NCBI GenBank assembly: GCA_000146045.2 | Contig: BK006943.2 | Span: 384,001 to 448,000, forward strand | DNA: 64,000 bases | Source: TPA_inf: Saccharomyces | Lineage: Eukaryota | Direction of reading: 5' to 3' | In this document: positions 9,967-25,162 of the stretch, piece after piece | How the letters are laid out: each line of letters starts with the position of its first letter | Position numbering within the stretch: position 1 is the stretch's first letter | The notes under the pieces: generated by a model | The model's database searches: none | What the model saw: the letters and a program-made list of their open reading frames with translations, nothing else | Told to the model about the DNA's origin: nothing | Position numbers and translations under genes: made by a program

Positions 9967-11511
9967 ATGTCTACTTTCATAAGAGGTCCCATCTGCGGTA
10001 CAGACAACTGCCCCTCACGGCTTTGGCGTATCATTGATGGGAGAAGAACCTGCCAATATGGTCACGTTATGGAAGGTGACGTGGAATTTAACGACGATGA
10101 AGATGATCTCAACGGCCTCGGTGCAGGTGTTATCACAAGACGTCTGAATCTTACCACCAATGCCACTGGTAGTTTTCAATCTAGTCAACTTACCAACTCG
10201 CAACTGCTGCAACAACAGCAAAGGCAATCTCATAAAAAATTTAAAAAACTTATCGGTCATGAGGCCAAATTACTATTTCTCAAATCCTTCCAGTTCATCT
10301 TGAAAAGGCAAATCCGCTGGCTCATAACTGAAATGCGGTTTCCGAAAGAGTTCGAACATGTCGCCAAGATAATTTGGCTCAAGATATTAAAGACGATTAA
10401 CGACCAACCGCAAGAAGAACTAAAACTTCAATTACATATGACTTCGACAATTTCGATCCTCTACCTTGCATCCACTCATTTGTCCCTACCAGTTTATACC
10501 TGTGACTACATCAAATGGATATGCACCGCCAAAATGCCGTATTTCCAGGCAAGTGAAATACTACCGAAATCGTGGAGGATCCAGCTGCCAAATTATTATG
10601 TTTCCATACTAGAGGGCTCAATTTCACCTTTTAATGGGCAACTGTACAACAAAATCGCATTGACGTGTGGTATGATCCACTTCAAAGAATTCTTCAACTC
10701 TGAAATTTCGTGTCAGGGCTTATTACTGAAACTAGTGATGCAATGCGCTCTTCCTCCAGAATTTTATTTTTATACCAAACAAGTTATCGAATTTGAAGAA
10801 ACAGACATTCGGAACCTGACACTGTGGGAAAGAACGGACGAACGTCACACAGGGCGAGTAAGTAATCATGCCGAACTCAGGGTCCTCTCTTATTTTATGC
10901 TCACAATAAATTGGATGCTTTCTTTTGATAGAGACCGACAATACCCACTAAAATGGATCCTTTCCCTCACGGAATCATTGACTCAGCGCACAACCACAAG
11001 TGAATCTATCGGCAGAAATATCGTTAAAGTGGTTTACCCAGACAAACCGACTTCTAGTGATTATTTCCAGTGGTCTGAGGAGGAGACCCTAGAGTTTTTG
11101 AAGTGGATGGAAAAGCAATTTTTGCCCACACAAACAAAATCTTTGCATAATGAGAATGGTTCGATGGAGATGACAATTGATCAAAAAATTGCTAGAAGGA
11201 AACTGTACAAGATTTTCCCCTTGGATCGAGAGGCCAATCATGATGGCGAATTTAATGACTCAACGCATCAGTTAACTTTTATTGAAGATCTGCAAGAAAG
11301 ATACGCTAAACAAACCCCCTTTTTTGAAAGCAACAAAATACGTGATTCTCTCAATTATCAAGAGGCTAATCCACCGGCCAGAAAGGAGGCTATCGGTAGA
11401 CTTCTAACCCATATAGCATCACAGCTTTTAGTGGATTTTGCCATTTCTAAAGAGCAACTGAAAGACTGCATTTCAAGGATCAAAAATGCCTGTCTGCATA
11501 GGATGAATTGA
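9967..11511 (+). CDS. RRN7: RNA polymerase I core factor subunit Rrn7 (TFIIB-like, 514 aa)
   Basis: MSTFIRGPICGTDNCPSRLWRIIDGRRTCQYGH is the zinc ribbon. Length is 514 aa. Confidence 0.88.
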   Translation: MSTFIRGPICGTDNCPSRLWRIIDGRRTCQYGHVMEGDVEFNDDEDDLNGLGAGVITRRLNLTTNATGSFQSSQLTNSQLLQQQQRQSHKKFKKLIGHEAKLLFLKSFQFILKRQIRWLITEMRFPKEFEHVAKIIWLKILKTINDQPQEELKLQLHMTSTISILYLASTHLSLPVYTCDYIKWICTAKMPYFQASEILPKSWRIQLPNYYVSILEGSISPFNGQLYNKIALTCGMIHFKEFFNSEISCQGLLLKLVMQCALPPEFYFYTKQVIEFEETDIRNLTLWERTDERHTGRVSNHAELRVLSYFMLTINWMLSFDRDRQYPLKWILSLTESLTQRTTTSESIGRNIVKVVYPDKPTSSDYFQWSEEETLEFLKWMEKQFLPTQTKSLHNENGSMEMTIDQKIARRKLYKIFPLDREANHDGEFNDSTHQLTFIEDLQERYAKQTPFFESNKIRDSLNYQEANPPARKEAIGRLLTHIASQLLVDFAISKEQLKDCISRIKNACLHRMN

Positions 11512-11930
11512 CTCCTTTTAAATTATTCTCGCTGGATTGCTATTTCTATGCATACTCCTTGAATTACATATACCAATCTGCATATATTATAGGTACATAT
11601 TAATATAGAAATGTATCCTATTTTACATTGTTTCTATAACTTTTACATTATCAGAACTTATTTTTTTCCTGTCAAAAAGAAAGAAAACTCATTCTCTAGA
11701 CACAGCGAGATCTTACTTTTCCTAACGGTGTGACCATATTGTACGTACAATATTATCTATGTTTTATGACCAGATCTAGTTTTAAACAGAATTTTAAAGG
11801 GAGGGTGCCTAATTTTGTATTATATATTAAAAAAGCTGGGAAATGCCCGGCTCAGCTAATTTTCTTCAAGCCGGTTTTACGTGCAGATCTTGACGAACGA
11901 AAATAACCATCATCCGATTAATTTGTTTGT

Positions 11931-12592
11931 TTATTGCCCCGTTGCCCATTGTGCAAATCCGCCTTGAGCAAACGCTTGTAGTGCGCTTCCAAATCCAGTG
12001 GACGTTAGTCTTCCAATTTTACTATCTGTGGACTCGGCAGCTTTGTTGAGTTCGTCAACAGAAGCAACTATTCTGTTCACATTTGTTTCAATGACCATGC
12101 CCCCCTGCACGATTTCTTCTAATACACTTTCCAAAGTTTGCCAGTTAAAAATCAAATCAAGTTCATTGACTTCAGTAAAACAACGGTCCAATGATTCCAC
12201 AAAAGTTTGGATCAGATCTAATATGGCCAGTTCTGATTCTTGATCATCCACGATGAAAGTGAAATATAGTGTAGCGTAGTTTTTATAGATGATTTGAATA
12301 TCTTCATTGTTTACCTCATCATTATTATTTTCATTGCTTAACAGAAGCGATGGTGGCGTGACTAAAAAAGAACTTTGAAAATCGCTATTCCTTTGAGAAA
12401 TCAATTCATATACTTGCTCTAATAGCAGTTTTTGCTTTGGAAGGTCGACCGGCGTGTAGAATTTCACTAATCTTGGTTGGCATTTCTTATTGACTATACC
12501 AAAAATGATGAATTATGTTAGTAATGTATAATTTTGGCAGAAGAAAAGACCCTTGAGAAATCTTACATACATATTAGAACTGCATGAATCAT
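11931..12592 (-). CDS. APS3: AP-3 adaptor sigma subunit; two exons: 12571..12592 and 11931..12493; 194 aa
   Basis: Track ORF 11931..12467 is an internal piece. Exon 1 is ATGATTCATGCAGTTCTAATAT (reverse complement of 12571-12592), followed by GTATGT. A TACTAAC branch lies at 12518-12524 on the minus strand. The acceptor is tatag, ending at 12494. Splicing gives MIHAVLIFNKKCQPRLVKFYTPV... Confidence 0.85.
12494..12570 (-). other. APS3: APS3 intron (77 nt) with GTATGT, TACTAAC and TAG
   Basis: Canonical yeast splice signals read on the minus strand. Confidence 0.8.
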
Positions 12593-12725
12593 TGTGTAAC
12601 GTTATATGTGTTCTGGCCTCTGTAACCCAGATCTGGTATAGTTACAACAGAAATGATATTGTTCCAGTGGACTATTTAAAAAAAATATACTCCTACAACG
12701 TAAGAGAAGAAATATAAAAAAGAAA

Positions 12726-12796
12726 TGCGCAAGCCCGGAATCGAACCGGGGGCCCAACGATGGCAACGTTGGATTTTACCACTAAACCACTTGCGC
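12726..12796 (-). tRNA. tG(GCC): tRNA-Gly (GCC), 71 nt
   Basis: Reverse complement is GCGCAAGTGGTTTAGTGGTAAAATCCAACGTTGCCATCGTTGGGCCCCCGGTTCGATTCCGGGCTTGCGCA. Confidence 0.93.
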
Positions 12797-13354
12797 TTAC
12801 TTTTGATATGAATCTTTCATTCATACTCAATATTAATAAGCAAGATATTTTTTGAAATGAAGAACCTTAATCGAGCCATCGTATTCAAAAAGAAAGAAAA
12901 AAGACTGAATGAGAACTATTTTTTTATTGCCTTATAGAGAATTACTTGAGACTTTTTTTTTTTGCCTAAAATATATGACTTTATTTTCGCTTGGCCTTTC
13001 TTACCTCGTTTTGTGATTACTCATTACTTACATCAGCGTAAGCTTTCCATATCTATAACATTTATGAAAGTGGAACTCCTCATACTCAAAAGTTATTGCT
13101 ATCCATTTATATTGTGATCTTACCATTAAGATATATAGCAGATCATAATGGCTTGATTCTAATACTCCTCGAGTATGACCATGCAACGGTTCAAAATCCC
13201 GGGTTGTAAATATTTCTTTTATCACGAAACATGAGTGACAACCACTTAGACTCGAAAGTGACGTTCTTGTATTTGCACATTCGATGATAAATATTTAAAA
13301 CGTATATGTAGATACATAGTGGACAGCAAGAGAGATGCATGGTTGGCCCATTTC

Positions 13355-14398
13355 TCAGCCTTCTGTTTGTTCTCTTCTTAATTCAAATGGAAACTTGTTG
13401 ATCTCGAGTATCTTGTTAATTGTTTGAACGTTTATACTGTCATTGAACGATTCTACCCAATTTTTGCCTTTCGTGCCTTTTTTTGGGGTCAAGAACCCAT
13501 CCCAATCCAAATTGGCAACCTTTTGAACGCTTCTATTGACCTCGTCATTAAATTCTCCTAACATATCTTTATCAGGAAATATGCTAACAATGTATAAATA
13601 ATAGCCGTCCTTTGCGGTTCCCACAGTACTTCTACCAAGGTTATCTAAAAAACTTTTCTTTGGCTTGCCCTTCATGCTAGCAGGATTAATATTTGGAGAT
13701 CTGTTAAGATTAACGTACTCTCGAATGGCCTTATCACCATTTAGTTTACACCACTCCTTGATAAACGTTGTTTTCACCTTTAATTTTAAATCTCGTCTCA
13801 AGTACGCAAATTCAGAGGGAATACTGTTTCTATGTCTATTTGTAAGCCGTGTCATCGCTGTTTGAATTTTGCTTAGTTCGACTTCATTAGCTTTTGATAT
13901 CCTAGTTTCATTGAAATATTCTTTGTCCTTGTTGAAAACCTTCCCATTTAAATAAAACTTCTTATTGGATTTTACCGTTATTGCTGGTTTACTTTTTCTA
14001 AAACAAGACATAAAATGGTCTTCAGGGAAGTAATGAAGTTGAAAGAATCTACTAGTGTATACCAATGAGTTAGGGGAAAATTTTTTTCCAATCGTCACAT
14101 AGGCTTGGATGGGTGAAATTACACCTCGAAGTTTACCAGCAACAAATTTCACTGGATCCCAGTTTCTTTCTTCTTCTTTTTGTAAATCAGTTAGCGTACT
14201 TAATATAGTATTTTCAGCATTTAAGCACACAGCTGAATTTCCTGAATCGCTTTTTCGAAGGTCACCAAGAGAAAGAGGCTCGGTATTCTTCGTCACTATA
14301 AATTTTGAAAAGGGATCACTACTATGTATAGTGGTTGATGGTCGAATTACCAGTTTGCCTTTAGGTTTTTGCGATAAGAGTGTGGAGAATATCTTCAT
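13355..14398 (-). CDS. PET130: Mitochondrial protein Pet130 (347 aa)
   Basis: 347-aa ORF beginning MKIFSTLLSQKPKGKLVIRPSTT. It matches my recollection of YJL023C. Confidence 0.75.
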   Translation of the reverse strand: MKIFSTLLSQKPKGKLVIRPSTTIHSSDPFSKFIVTKNTEPLSLGDLRKSDSGNSAVCLNAENTILSTLTDLQKEEERNWDPVKFVAGKLRGVISPIQAYVTIGKKFSPNSLVYTSRFFQLHYFPEDHFMSCFRKSKPAITVKSNKKFYLNGKVFNKDKEYFNETRISKANEVELSKIQTAMTRLTNRHRNSIPSEFAYLRRDLKLKVKTTFIKEWCKLNGDKAIREYVNLNRSPNINPASMKGKPKKSFLDNLGRSTVGTAKDGYYLYIVSIFPDKDMLGEFNDEVNRSVQKVANLDWDGFLTPKKGTKGKNWVESFNDSINVQTINKILEINKFPFELRREQTEG

Positions 14399-14936
14399 GA
14401 TTTGGTTTTTCTATTAACCTTCTTAATCTTTTCTTTCTTCATCTGCCATCGCCTTTCTATGTTTTCCGTATTTCTTCCCCGCAAGTTCTTTAAACTCAGA
14501 TAGTATTAGAATCGATAATTAAGGCCAGGTCAAAGTTCGTATTAATTTCAACCTTTGGGCACCTATATTGGATTAATTTCCGTAAGATAATATATGAGAG
14601 CACTATCATGGAGTGATGAAGAAAAATTCAAACTCTAGGGGCAAACCGTTTGTTACGATTGCTCAAAAATTACTGCGTCTGAAGCCAGAATTGTAGGTAT
14701 ATACGAAAAGGTACAACTTGGGATACTATTGACGGCGGTAAGATAAGTGAATCCTACCTTTCGTTTTGAGCCGCTCAAATAAGACCTGATACAAAAACGG
14801 TTGTTTAATCTTTGTATAGTTTCTTCTGTAGAAGAGTTATGAAAATATACACTTAAACTATAACGATAAGAAAATGCGAAAGGAAAATGATGAAATCGAA
14901 AGCATTCACAATTTCCCCTTGGAAGCATTGGGTAAA

Positions 14937-18473
<3,537 letters not shown>

Positions 18474-18896
18474 TTACTACCGACTTGACGCTACTGTTTC
18501 ACAGTGTGCTAGTAAATACCACTTCTAGTTGAAGTCTTAAGGAGATTATAATTCTGGAGGTAAAATAGGGGCATTGTAGACCTCTAACTATTTTCAGGGT
18601 ATATTCCTATATTATATAGGTTTATTCTTAAAATATGAGGTTTATAAATGATACACATCACTTATTGATAGGGTTATACTCTTTGATACGGGTAACATAT
18701 GAGACGCGAAAATGGAATATAATGACAATGTAAATATCGTCATCTTGAGATAATTATCAACAAGGTTGTCATGAGGAGTTACAGATAAAAGTCAACAGAG
18801 TGGAGTTAGTGGTGTTTTAACTGTAGTGCTCCATAGTTTCACGGCGGTTTCTCTTGTTTTCAGTTGGTAGTAACTTTTATCCTGGAAGTGCTGGAA

Positions 18897-20945
18897 ATGA
18901 ATAACTCAAATGAGCATAGGCGGGAAGAGGCAGGAGCGGCTAATGAACAAATGCCTTACAATAAGGCTGTAAAGTCCGCGTATGCAGATGTCCTCAAGGA
19001 CAAAATGAATAGGGAACAGGAGATTAGCCTACGAGCCATCAAAAAAGGGATATACACCGATGGCGGTGAAACTGACAACTATGATATGGATAAAGAGAAT
19101 GATTCCGCGTACGAAATGTTCAAAAAAAATCTTGATTTTCCGTTAGACCAACATAATGATGACGACGATGATGATCCGTACATTGAGGATAATGGACAAG
19201 AGACCGACGGATATAGCGACGAGGACTATACAGATGAGGCAGACAAGAGTTTTATAGAAGACAGCGATTCCGACAGCTACGATTTGGAAAGTAATTCTGA
19301 CTTTGAAGAGAACTTGGAAAGTTCAGGTGAAGCTAAGAAGTTGAAGTGGCGGACGTACATTTTCTATGGAGGCCTTTTCTTCGTTTTTTATTTTTTTGGA
19401 TCTTTTTTGATGACAACCGTGAAAAATAATGATTTAGAAAGCCATTCATCCGGCGCTACATCCTCTCCAGGCAAATCATTCAGCAACCTACAAAAACAGG
19501 TGAATCATTTATATAGTGAGTTGAGTAAGCGGGACGAAAAGCACAGTTCAGAATTGGATAAAACAGTAAAAATCATTGTCTCTCAATTTGAAAAGAATAT
19601 TAAAAGACTTTTACCCTCAAATTTGGTTAATTTTGAAAATGACATTAACTCGCTGACAAAACAGGTTGAGACAATTTCAACTTCCATGAGTGAGTTACAG
19701 AGGCGAAATCACAAATTTACGGTCGAGAATGTTACTCAATGGCAAGATCAACTGGTAAAACAGTTGGATACACACCTCCCTCAAGAAATACCCGTTGTAA
19801 TTAATAATTCTTCGTCGCTTTTAATAATCCCTGAATTGCACAATTATTTGAGTGCTTTGATTTCAGACGTTATTGAGTCTCCAGGCATTGGTACTGCTGG
19901 AAGCGCTGAAAGTCGTTGGGAGTATGATTTGAATCGCTATGTAAAGGAAATTCTTTCGAATGAGTTGCAATATATCGATAAGGATTATTTCATCCAAGAA
20001 ATGAACAGAAGGTTGCAATCTAACAAACAGGAGATTTGGGAAGAGATCACAAATAGGTTAGAGACACAGCAGCAGCAGCAGCAGCAGCAGGTTCAACAGG
20101 ATTATTCTAACGTGCCACAGCAGTATTCGAGCATATTAATGAAAAGATTAATTCACCAAATTTACAATTCCAATCAACACCAATGGGAGGACGATTTAGA
20201 TTTTGCTACTTATGTTCAAGGTACTAAACTATTGAACCATTTAACTTCACCAACCTGGAGACAGGGCAGTGGGGTACAGCCGATAGAATTACTGACCGAC
20301 TCCAAACAAAGCTCCTCAACTTACTGGCAATGTGAGAACGAACCTGGGTGTTCATGGGCCATAAGGTTTAAAACTCCTTTGTATCTAACCAAAATTTCGT
20401 ACATGCATGGCCGTTTTACTAATAACCTACATATAATGAACTCAGCACCAAGACTGATCTCATTATATGTAAAACTGTCACAGACTAAAGAGATCAAAGC
20501 ATTGCAGACATTGGCAAATCAATACGGTTTCGGGCAGCATCACAAGAGAGACCGAAATTACATCAAGATCGCAAAATTTGAGTACAGGTTGACAGATTCT
20601 AGAATACGCCAACAAATGTATCTGCCCCCATGGTTCATTCAGTTAAAACCACTCGTACGCTCAATTGTCTTTCAAGTGGACGAGAACTACGGGAACAAAA
20701 AGTTCATATCTCTGAGGAAATTTATCATCAACGGAGTGACACCGCAGGATTTGCAAATAATTGAAAATAACGAGTTCCCTGTTTTACTGGGTGACACCCC
20801 AGAATATGGTGTCACTCAGAACACCGACGAAGGCAAGAGGAAAGTTCTCCTATCAAAGCCTCCTTACGCGTCTTCATCTACTAGTACCAAGTTTCATCCC
20901 GCTTCTAACGTCCCATCATTTGGCCAAGATGAGCTAGATCAATAA
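18897..20945 (+). CDS. MPS3: SUN-domain inner nuclear membrane / SPB half-bridge protein Mps3 (682 aa)
   Basis: ATG at 18897 ([18 protein letters not shown]). The track start at 18864 is not a true start; residues 1-11 are placed upstream. Acidic N-terminus, TM segment [19 protein letters not shown], polyQ, C-terminal SUN-like domain. Confidence 0.9.
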
Positions 20946-21587
20946 ACGACAATAAAAAATTAAACGTTCTAACCCCCTGGCCCCCAGAAAATCGCGCAGA
21001 TTGACGGCACTCCCTTTAAATCATAGAGTTAATCAGCTACTCACCACTCTCTTTCGGTACTGGCGTTATTCTGAATTCCAACCTTGAACACAGCCACACG
21101 GCATTCAGATGTTGCTCCCATGCGTGGACTCACGCTCTGCGATTAACAGCTCATGGAAATTTCCTCGTGCTATTTAAGACTGCAGTCGTTTGGAAATCGG
21201 AATATCTTTTTTCGTGCAGTTTTGCGGGAAATTTTCCCTACTTAAAAAGCTGAATGAAAATCAGAAATATCTGCAAAAAAAAAAGGTAAAAAAGGGAAAT
21301 TTTAAGACATAGCATAAAGGACTTGGTTTTGTTTCAATACTCAGCCCTTTTCATTCATTTCTATCACAAGTTTTTTTTTGCTCTCGTTTCCATTTTCTTC
21401 GTTTACTTATTATTGACGTACATCTTTTTTAGTTTCAAATAACATAGCAAGAAGGCTTAACTAAGTTCCTATATTCTTGGCATATTTATCATCATCAGGT
21501 CTTTTAAAAGTATCTCAGAACGTAACTTCAACGCCTTTAGATTTTTTTCACAACACGACTCTATTGCAAGAGACAAAAAAAATTAAA

Positions 21588-23273
21588 ATGGGCATTTTGG
21601 ACTCGCTGAAAAAACCTGTTAATATCAAGAGTTCGCTCCCCAAATTCTCCCGCAGTGCTACCAGCATCAATTTAAGTAGCCACCCAGTAAGTTCACGGTC
21701 CTTCCTCGAATTACCACCAGAGCTTTTCAGCATCACTAAACCTATATTTAAGCTTCTGCAAGCACACGCAAATAAGATTTACTTCCAATCTTCCGACGCT
21801 GAGGCTGTATGGAATGTTAAGGATTCTTCTGGACATGTTTTTGAAGCAGAGTCAATTTCTTTGCTCGGCTCTCATATAATTATCACAAATTCCTCTGTAC
21901 AAGTCGCAGACGTGGCCATCATAGATTCCCCTTCCAACATAAACCAATGTGAAATTTCAAGCGTTGGAGAGTTCCTGCAATTCAATAATGGCCAACTATC
22001 TATCACATGTAACGATTTTGGTTTACTGGAGAAGTTCAAAAGGTTGTGTATGATTTCTATTTTTGAGTTCATTTCTATATATAAGGCCTTGACAGGCACA
22101 GTGATTTCCTCTTATGGGCTGAGAATGTCTGATATGCATATCATTTTGAACTCGCCGTTCAATTTTAAGGATTGGTGTGAAGTTTATCTTGATGGTCAAG
22201 GTTGGGTGAAAGTGTGGTGTCATATTGATAAAGTGTCTAAAACCAATAATTCTAAAAGTAGTAGTGACAATGATGCTAAAGGAAAGTATCAAATACGGTT
22301 TTATAGAGATGACAAATCCACATCTAGCAAGAACTGCGTTTTTTTTATTCCTGACAATGAGTACGTTCAAGATATTTTCTTTTATAACATCAATGCGGCA
22401 GAACCTTCTAAAAATATGAACGACTTTTTTCAAGGGTTGCAAATGATAAAGCTCGTTGGTAATGTACGCTTTTGCAGTGATACGGACTTTAATGATGTGG
22501 TGGATAGTGGATCCATCTATAGTAGTGCAAACAACGGCAGTGGTGACAGCAGCTCGACAGCATTGAATAATGAAAGTCCTAACACTACACCAAAAAGTAG
22601 AACTTTCTTTTCACCTAAAGGGCACAGAAGAAATAGCTCCCATGTAAGTTCGTTAACTTCTAGATCAACAAAAAAGCCTATAACTAACTTCACTACACGT
22701 ACAAATGGGCTTTTGATTAGGCCATTGCCCCATCATGGCGTACATCACCTGGAAGCAATGATCAGGTTCATTATTCCTTTGATGGATTGTGCAAGACTTT
22801 ATGGGCGTCCAGTTCAATTCAAGACAGAAAGAACCGATATAAATTCGTTAATGTTTGGATTACCTAAATTGCCCTCAGTGGATTATTTTGCTGAAGAGGA
22901 GATTGCCCATTTGATGACCCAGGAATTTAATCCTTTGAAAGAAAAAGATACTGACGATACTATGGCTTTAACTATGTCAAGATTTTCTAGCTACCTGCAA
23001 GAAAGAATGACAAAAGTCTCCAAGAGAAACACAGAACTCAACTTCAGGACCTTTAGTGATGTAATGGGCATGTATAATACTACGAGGGATCACTCTAAAC
23101 TTAATTGCATGAGTGACAAGGATAATTCTGTGAAGGAATTTTCATTGAGTGATAAAAGCAATGTTAGTTCTGAAACGACTAATATGATGAATCAATTGCA
23201 AGTAAACGCCCATGAATACAAAAGTTCTATGTGCGAACGTCCTATCGTCGCAAGTACTTCGCCCATTGCATAG
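21588..23273 (+). CDS. YJL016W: Protein of unknown function YJL016W (561 aa), Ser/Asn-rich
   Basis: ATG at 21588 (MGILDSLKKPVNIKSS). The track ORF is extended upstream to a TTG. Confidence 0.75.
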   Translation: MGILDSLKKPVNIKSSLPKFSRSATSINLSSHPVSSRSFLELPPELFSITKPIFKLLQAHANKIYFQSSDAEAVWNVKDSSGHVFEAESISLLGSHIIITNSSVQVADVAIIDSPSNINQCEISSVGEFLQFNNGQLSITCNDFGLLEKFKRLCMISIFEFISIYKALTGTVISSYGLRMSDMHIILNSPFNFKDWCEVYLDGQGWVKVWCHIDKVSKTNNSKSSSDNDAKGKYQIRFYRDDKSTSSKNCVFFIPDNEYVQDIFFYNINAAEPSKNMNDFFQGLQMIKLVGNVRFCSDTDFNDVVDSGSIYSSANNGSGDSSSTALNNESPNTTPKSRTFFSPKGHRRNSSHVSSLTSRSTKKPITNFTTRTNGLLIRPLPHHGVHHLEAMIRFIIPLMDCARLYGRPVQFKTERTDINSLMFGLPKLPSVDYFAEEEIAHLMTQEFNPLKEKDTDDTMALTMSRFSSYLQERMTKVSKRNTELNFRTFSDVMGMYNTTRDHSKLNCMSDKDNSVKEFSLSDKSNVSSETTNMMNQLQVNAHEYKSSMCERPIVASTSPIA

Positions 23274-23557
23274 TTCTTCGCATATATAGCCACATCTCAA
23301 AAACTTACATACAGTGTATATATTTGTGGTACAGTTTCTGTATAGCCAAATATACCCTGATATAATCTTATGTGATATTATATACTTCCATCCTAATACT
23401 AAACTTTTTCGTTTAACGTGACGCATGGTGCGAAGAAAAAAAAATAGCAAATCGCCACTCAATAAAGTGAGTAGAGAGCATTATATCAAAAAAGCATCGA
23501 TAATATCGAGTGATCATACGTTGAAAATCATCAAGTACAATAGTGATATAAGCCACA

Positions 23558-25162
23558 ATGCAAGCTCCAGTGGTATTTATGAATGCTTCTCAAGAGAGAA
23601 CTACCGGTCGTCAGGCCCAAATCTCCAATATCACTGCTGCAAAGGCAGTTGCCGATGTCATTCGAACTTGCTTAGGTCCAAAAGCTATGTTAAAGATGTT
23701 ATTGGATCCTATGGGCGGTCTTGTGTTGACTAACGATGGCCACGCTATTTTAAGGGAAATTGATGTTGCACATCCAGCAGCTAAATCAATGTTGGAGTTA
23801 TCCCGTACTCAAGACGAAGAGGTTGGTGACGGGACTACAACAGTTATTATTCTAGCTGGTGAGATTTTAGCTCAGTGTGCACCTTATTTGATTGAAAAAA
23901 ATATTCACCCTGTTATTATTATCCAAGCCTTGAAGAAAGCACTGACTGATGCACTAGAAGTTATCAAACAAGTAAGTAAACCTGTCGATGTGGAAAATGA
24001 TGCCGCTATGAAAAAATTGATTCAAGCCTCTATCGGTACTAAATATGTCATACATTGGTCAGAGAAAATGTGTGAATTAGCTCTAGACGCTGTTAAGACT
24101 GTCCGTAAAGACCTGGGACAAACTGTGGAAGGTGAACCTAATTTTGAAATCGATATCAAAAGATATGTCCGTGTGGAGAAGATTCCTGGGGGGGATGTTC
24201 TAGATTCTCGCGTCTTAAAGGGTGTCTTATTGAACAAGGATGTTGTTCATCCAAAGATGTCCCGTCACATAGAGAATCCACGTGTTGTTCTTTTGGATTG
24301 TCCACTAGAATATAAGAAGGGTGAATCTCAAACCAACATAGAAATTGAAAAGGAGGAAGATTGGAATAGGATTTTACAAATCGAGGAAGAACAAGTTCAG
24401 CTAATGTGTGAACAAATTTTAGCCGTTAGGCCAACACTAGTCATCACTGAAAAAGGTGTTTCAGATCTAGCACAGCATTATTTACTAAAGGGTGGATGTA
24501 GTGTTTTAAGAAGAGTGAAGAAATCAGACAATAATAGAATTGCTCGTGTAACTGGTGCAACCATTGTCAATCGTGTAGAGGACTTGAAGGAAAGTGATGT
24601 CGGTACAAACTGTGGATTATTCAAAGTAGAAATGATTGGGGACGAATATTTCTCATTTTTGGATAACTGCAAGGAACCAAAAGCTTGTACCATAATGTTA
24701 CGTGGTGGTTCCAAAGATATATTAAACGAAATAGATCGTAACCTACAAGATGCTATGGCTGTTGCTCGTAATGTGATGTTGAGTCCTTCCTTGTCCCCAG
24801 GTGGTGGTGCCACCGAGATGGCAGTTTCTGTCAAATTAGCAGAAAAGGCAAAGCAATTAGAAGGGATCCAGCAATGGCCATACCAAGCTGTAGCTGATGC
24901 TATGGAGTGTATTCCACGTACTTTGATACAAAATGCAGGTGGTGATCCTATTAGACTCCTATCCCAACTAAGAGCCAAACACGCACAGGGAAATTTTACA
25001 ACAGGTATTGATGGTGACAAGGGGAAAATTGTAGATATGGTTAGTTACGGTATTTGGGAACCTGAAGTCATCAAGCAGCAAAGTGTCAAAACCGCTATTG
25101 AAAGTGCATGTTTACTATTAAGGGTTGATGATATTGTTAGTGGTGTAAGAAAACAAGAATAA
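23558..25162 (+). CDS. CCT3: Chaperonin CCT/TRiC gamma subunit (534 aa)
   Basis: MQAPVVFMNASQERTTGRQAQISNITAAKAVADVIRTCLGPKAM. The TCP-1 family motif GDGTTT is present. Confidence 0.93.
   Translation: MQAPVVFMNASQERTTGRQAQISNITAAKAVADVIRTCLGPKAMLKMLLDPMGGLVLTNDGHAILREIDVAHPAAKSMLELSRTQDEEVGDGTTTVIILAGEILAQCAPYLIEKNIHPVIIIQALKKALTDALEVIKQVSKPVDVENDAAMKKLIQASIGTKYVIHWSEKMCELALDAVKTVRKDLGQTVEGEPNFEIDIKRYVRVEKIPGGDVLDSRVLKGVLLNKDVVHPKMSRHIENPRVVLLDCPLEYKKGESQTNIEIEKEEDWNRILQIEEEQVQLMCEQILAVRPTLVITEKGVSDLAQHYLLKGGCSVLRRVKKSDNNRIARVTGATIVNRVEDLKESDVGTNCGLFKVEMIGDEYFSFLDNCKEPKACTIMLRGGSKDILNEIDRNLQDAMAVARNVMLSPSLSPGGGATEMAVSVKLAEKAKQLEGIQQWPYQAVADAMECIPRTLIQNAGGDPIRLLSQLRAKHAQGNFTTGIDGDKGKIVDMVSYGIWEPEVIKQQSVKTAIESACLLLRVDDIVSGVRKQE

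Noticed and set aside
13028-13225. 65-aa ORF between tG(GCC) and PET130, and 89-aa ORF 38023..38292
   Set aside because: No recognisable motifs. They lie in intergenic, LTR-prone DNA. They probably correspond to dubious-ORF annotations, with insufficient evidence.
18864-18896. Upstream extensions of track ORFs for MPS3 (18864), YJL016W (21477), SYS1 (to 48215) and MPP10 (54835)
   Set aside because: These extensions begin at TTG/GTG codons, or at non-conserved upstream codons. Internal ATGs give the lengths I recall for these proteins.
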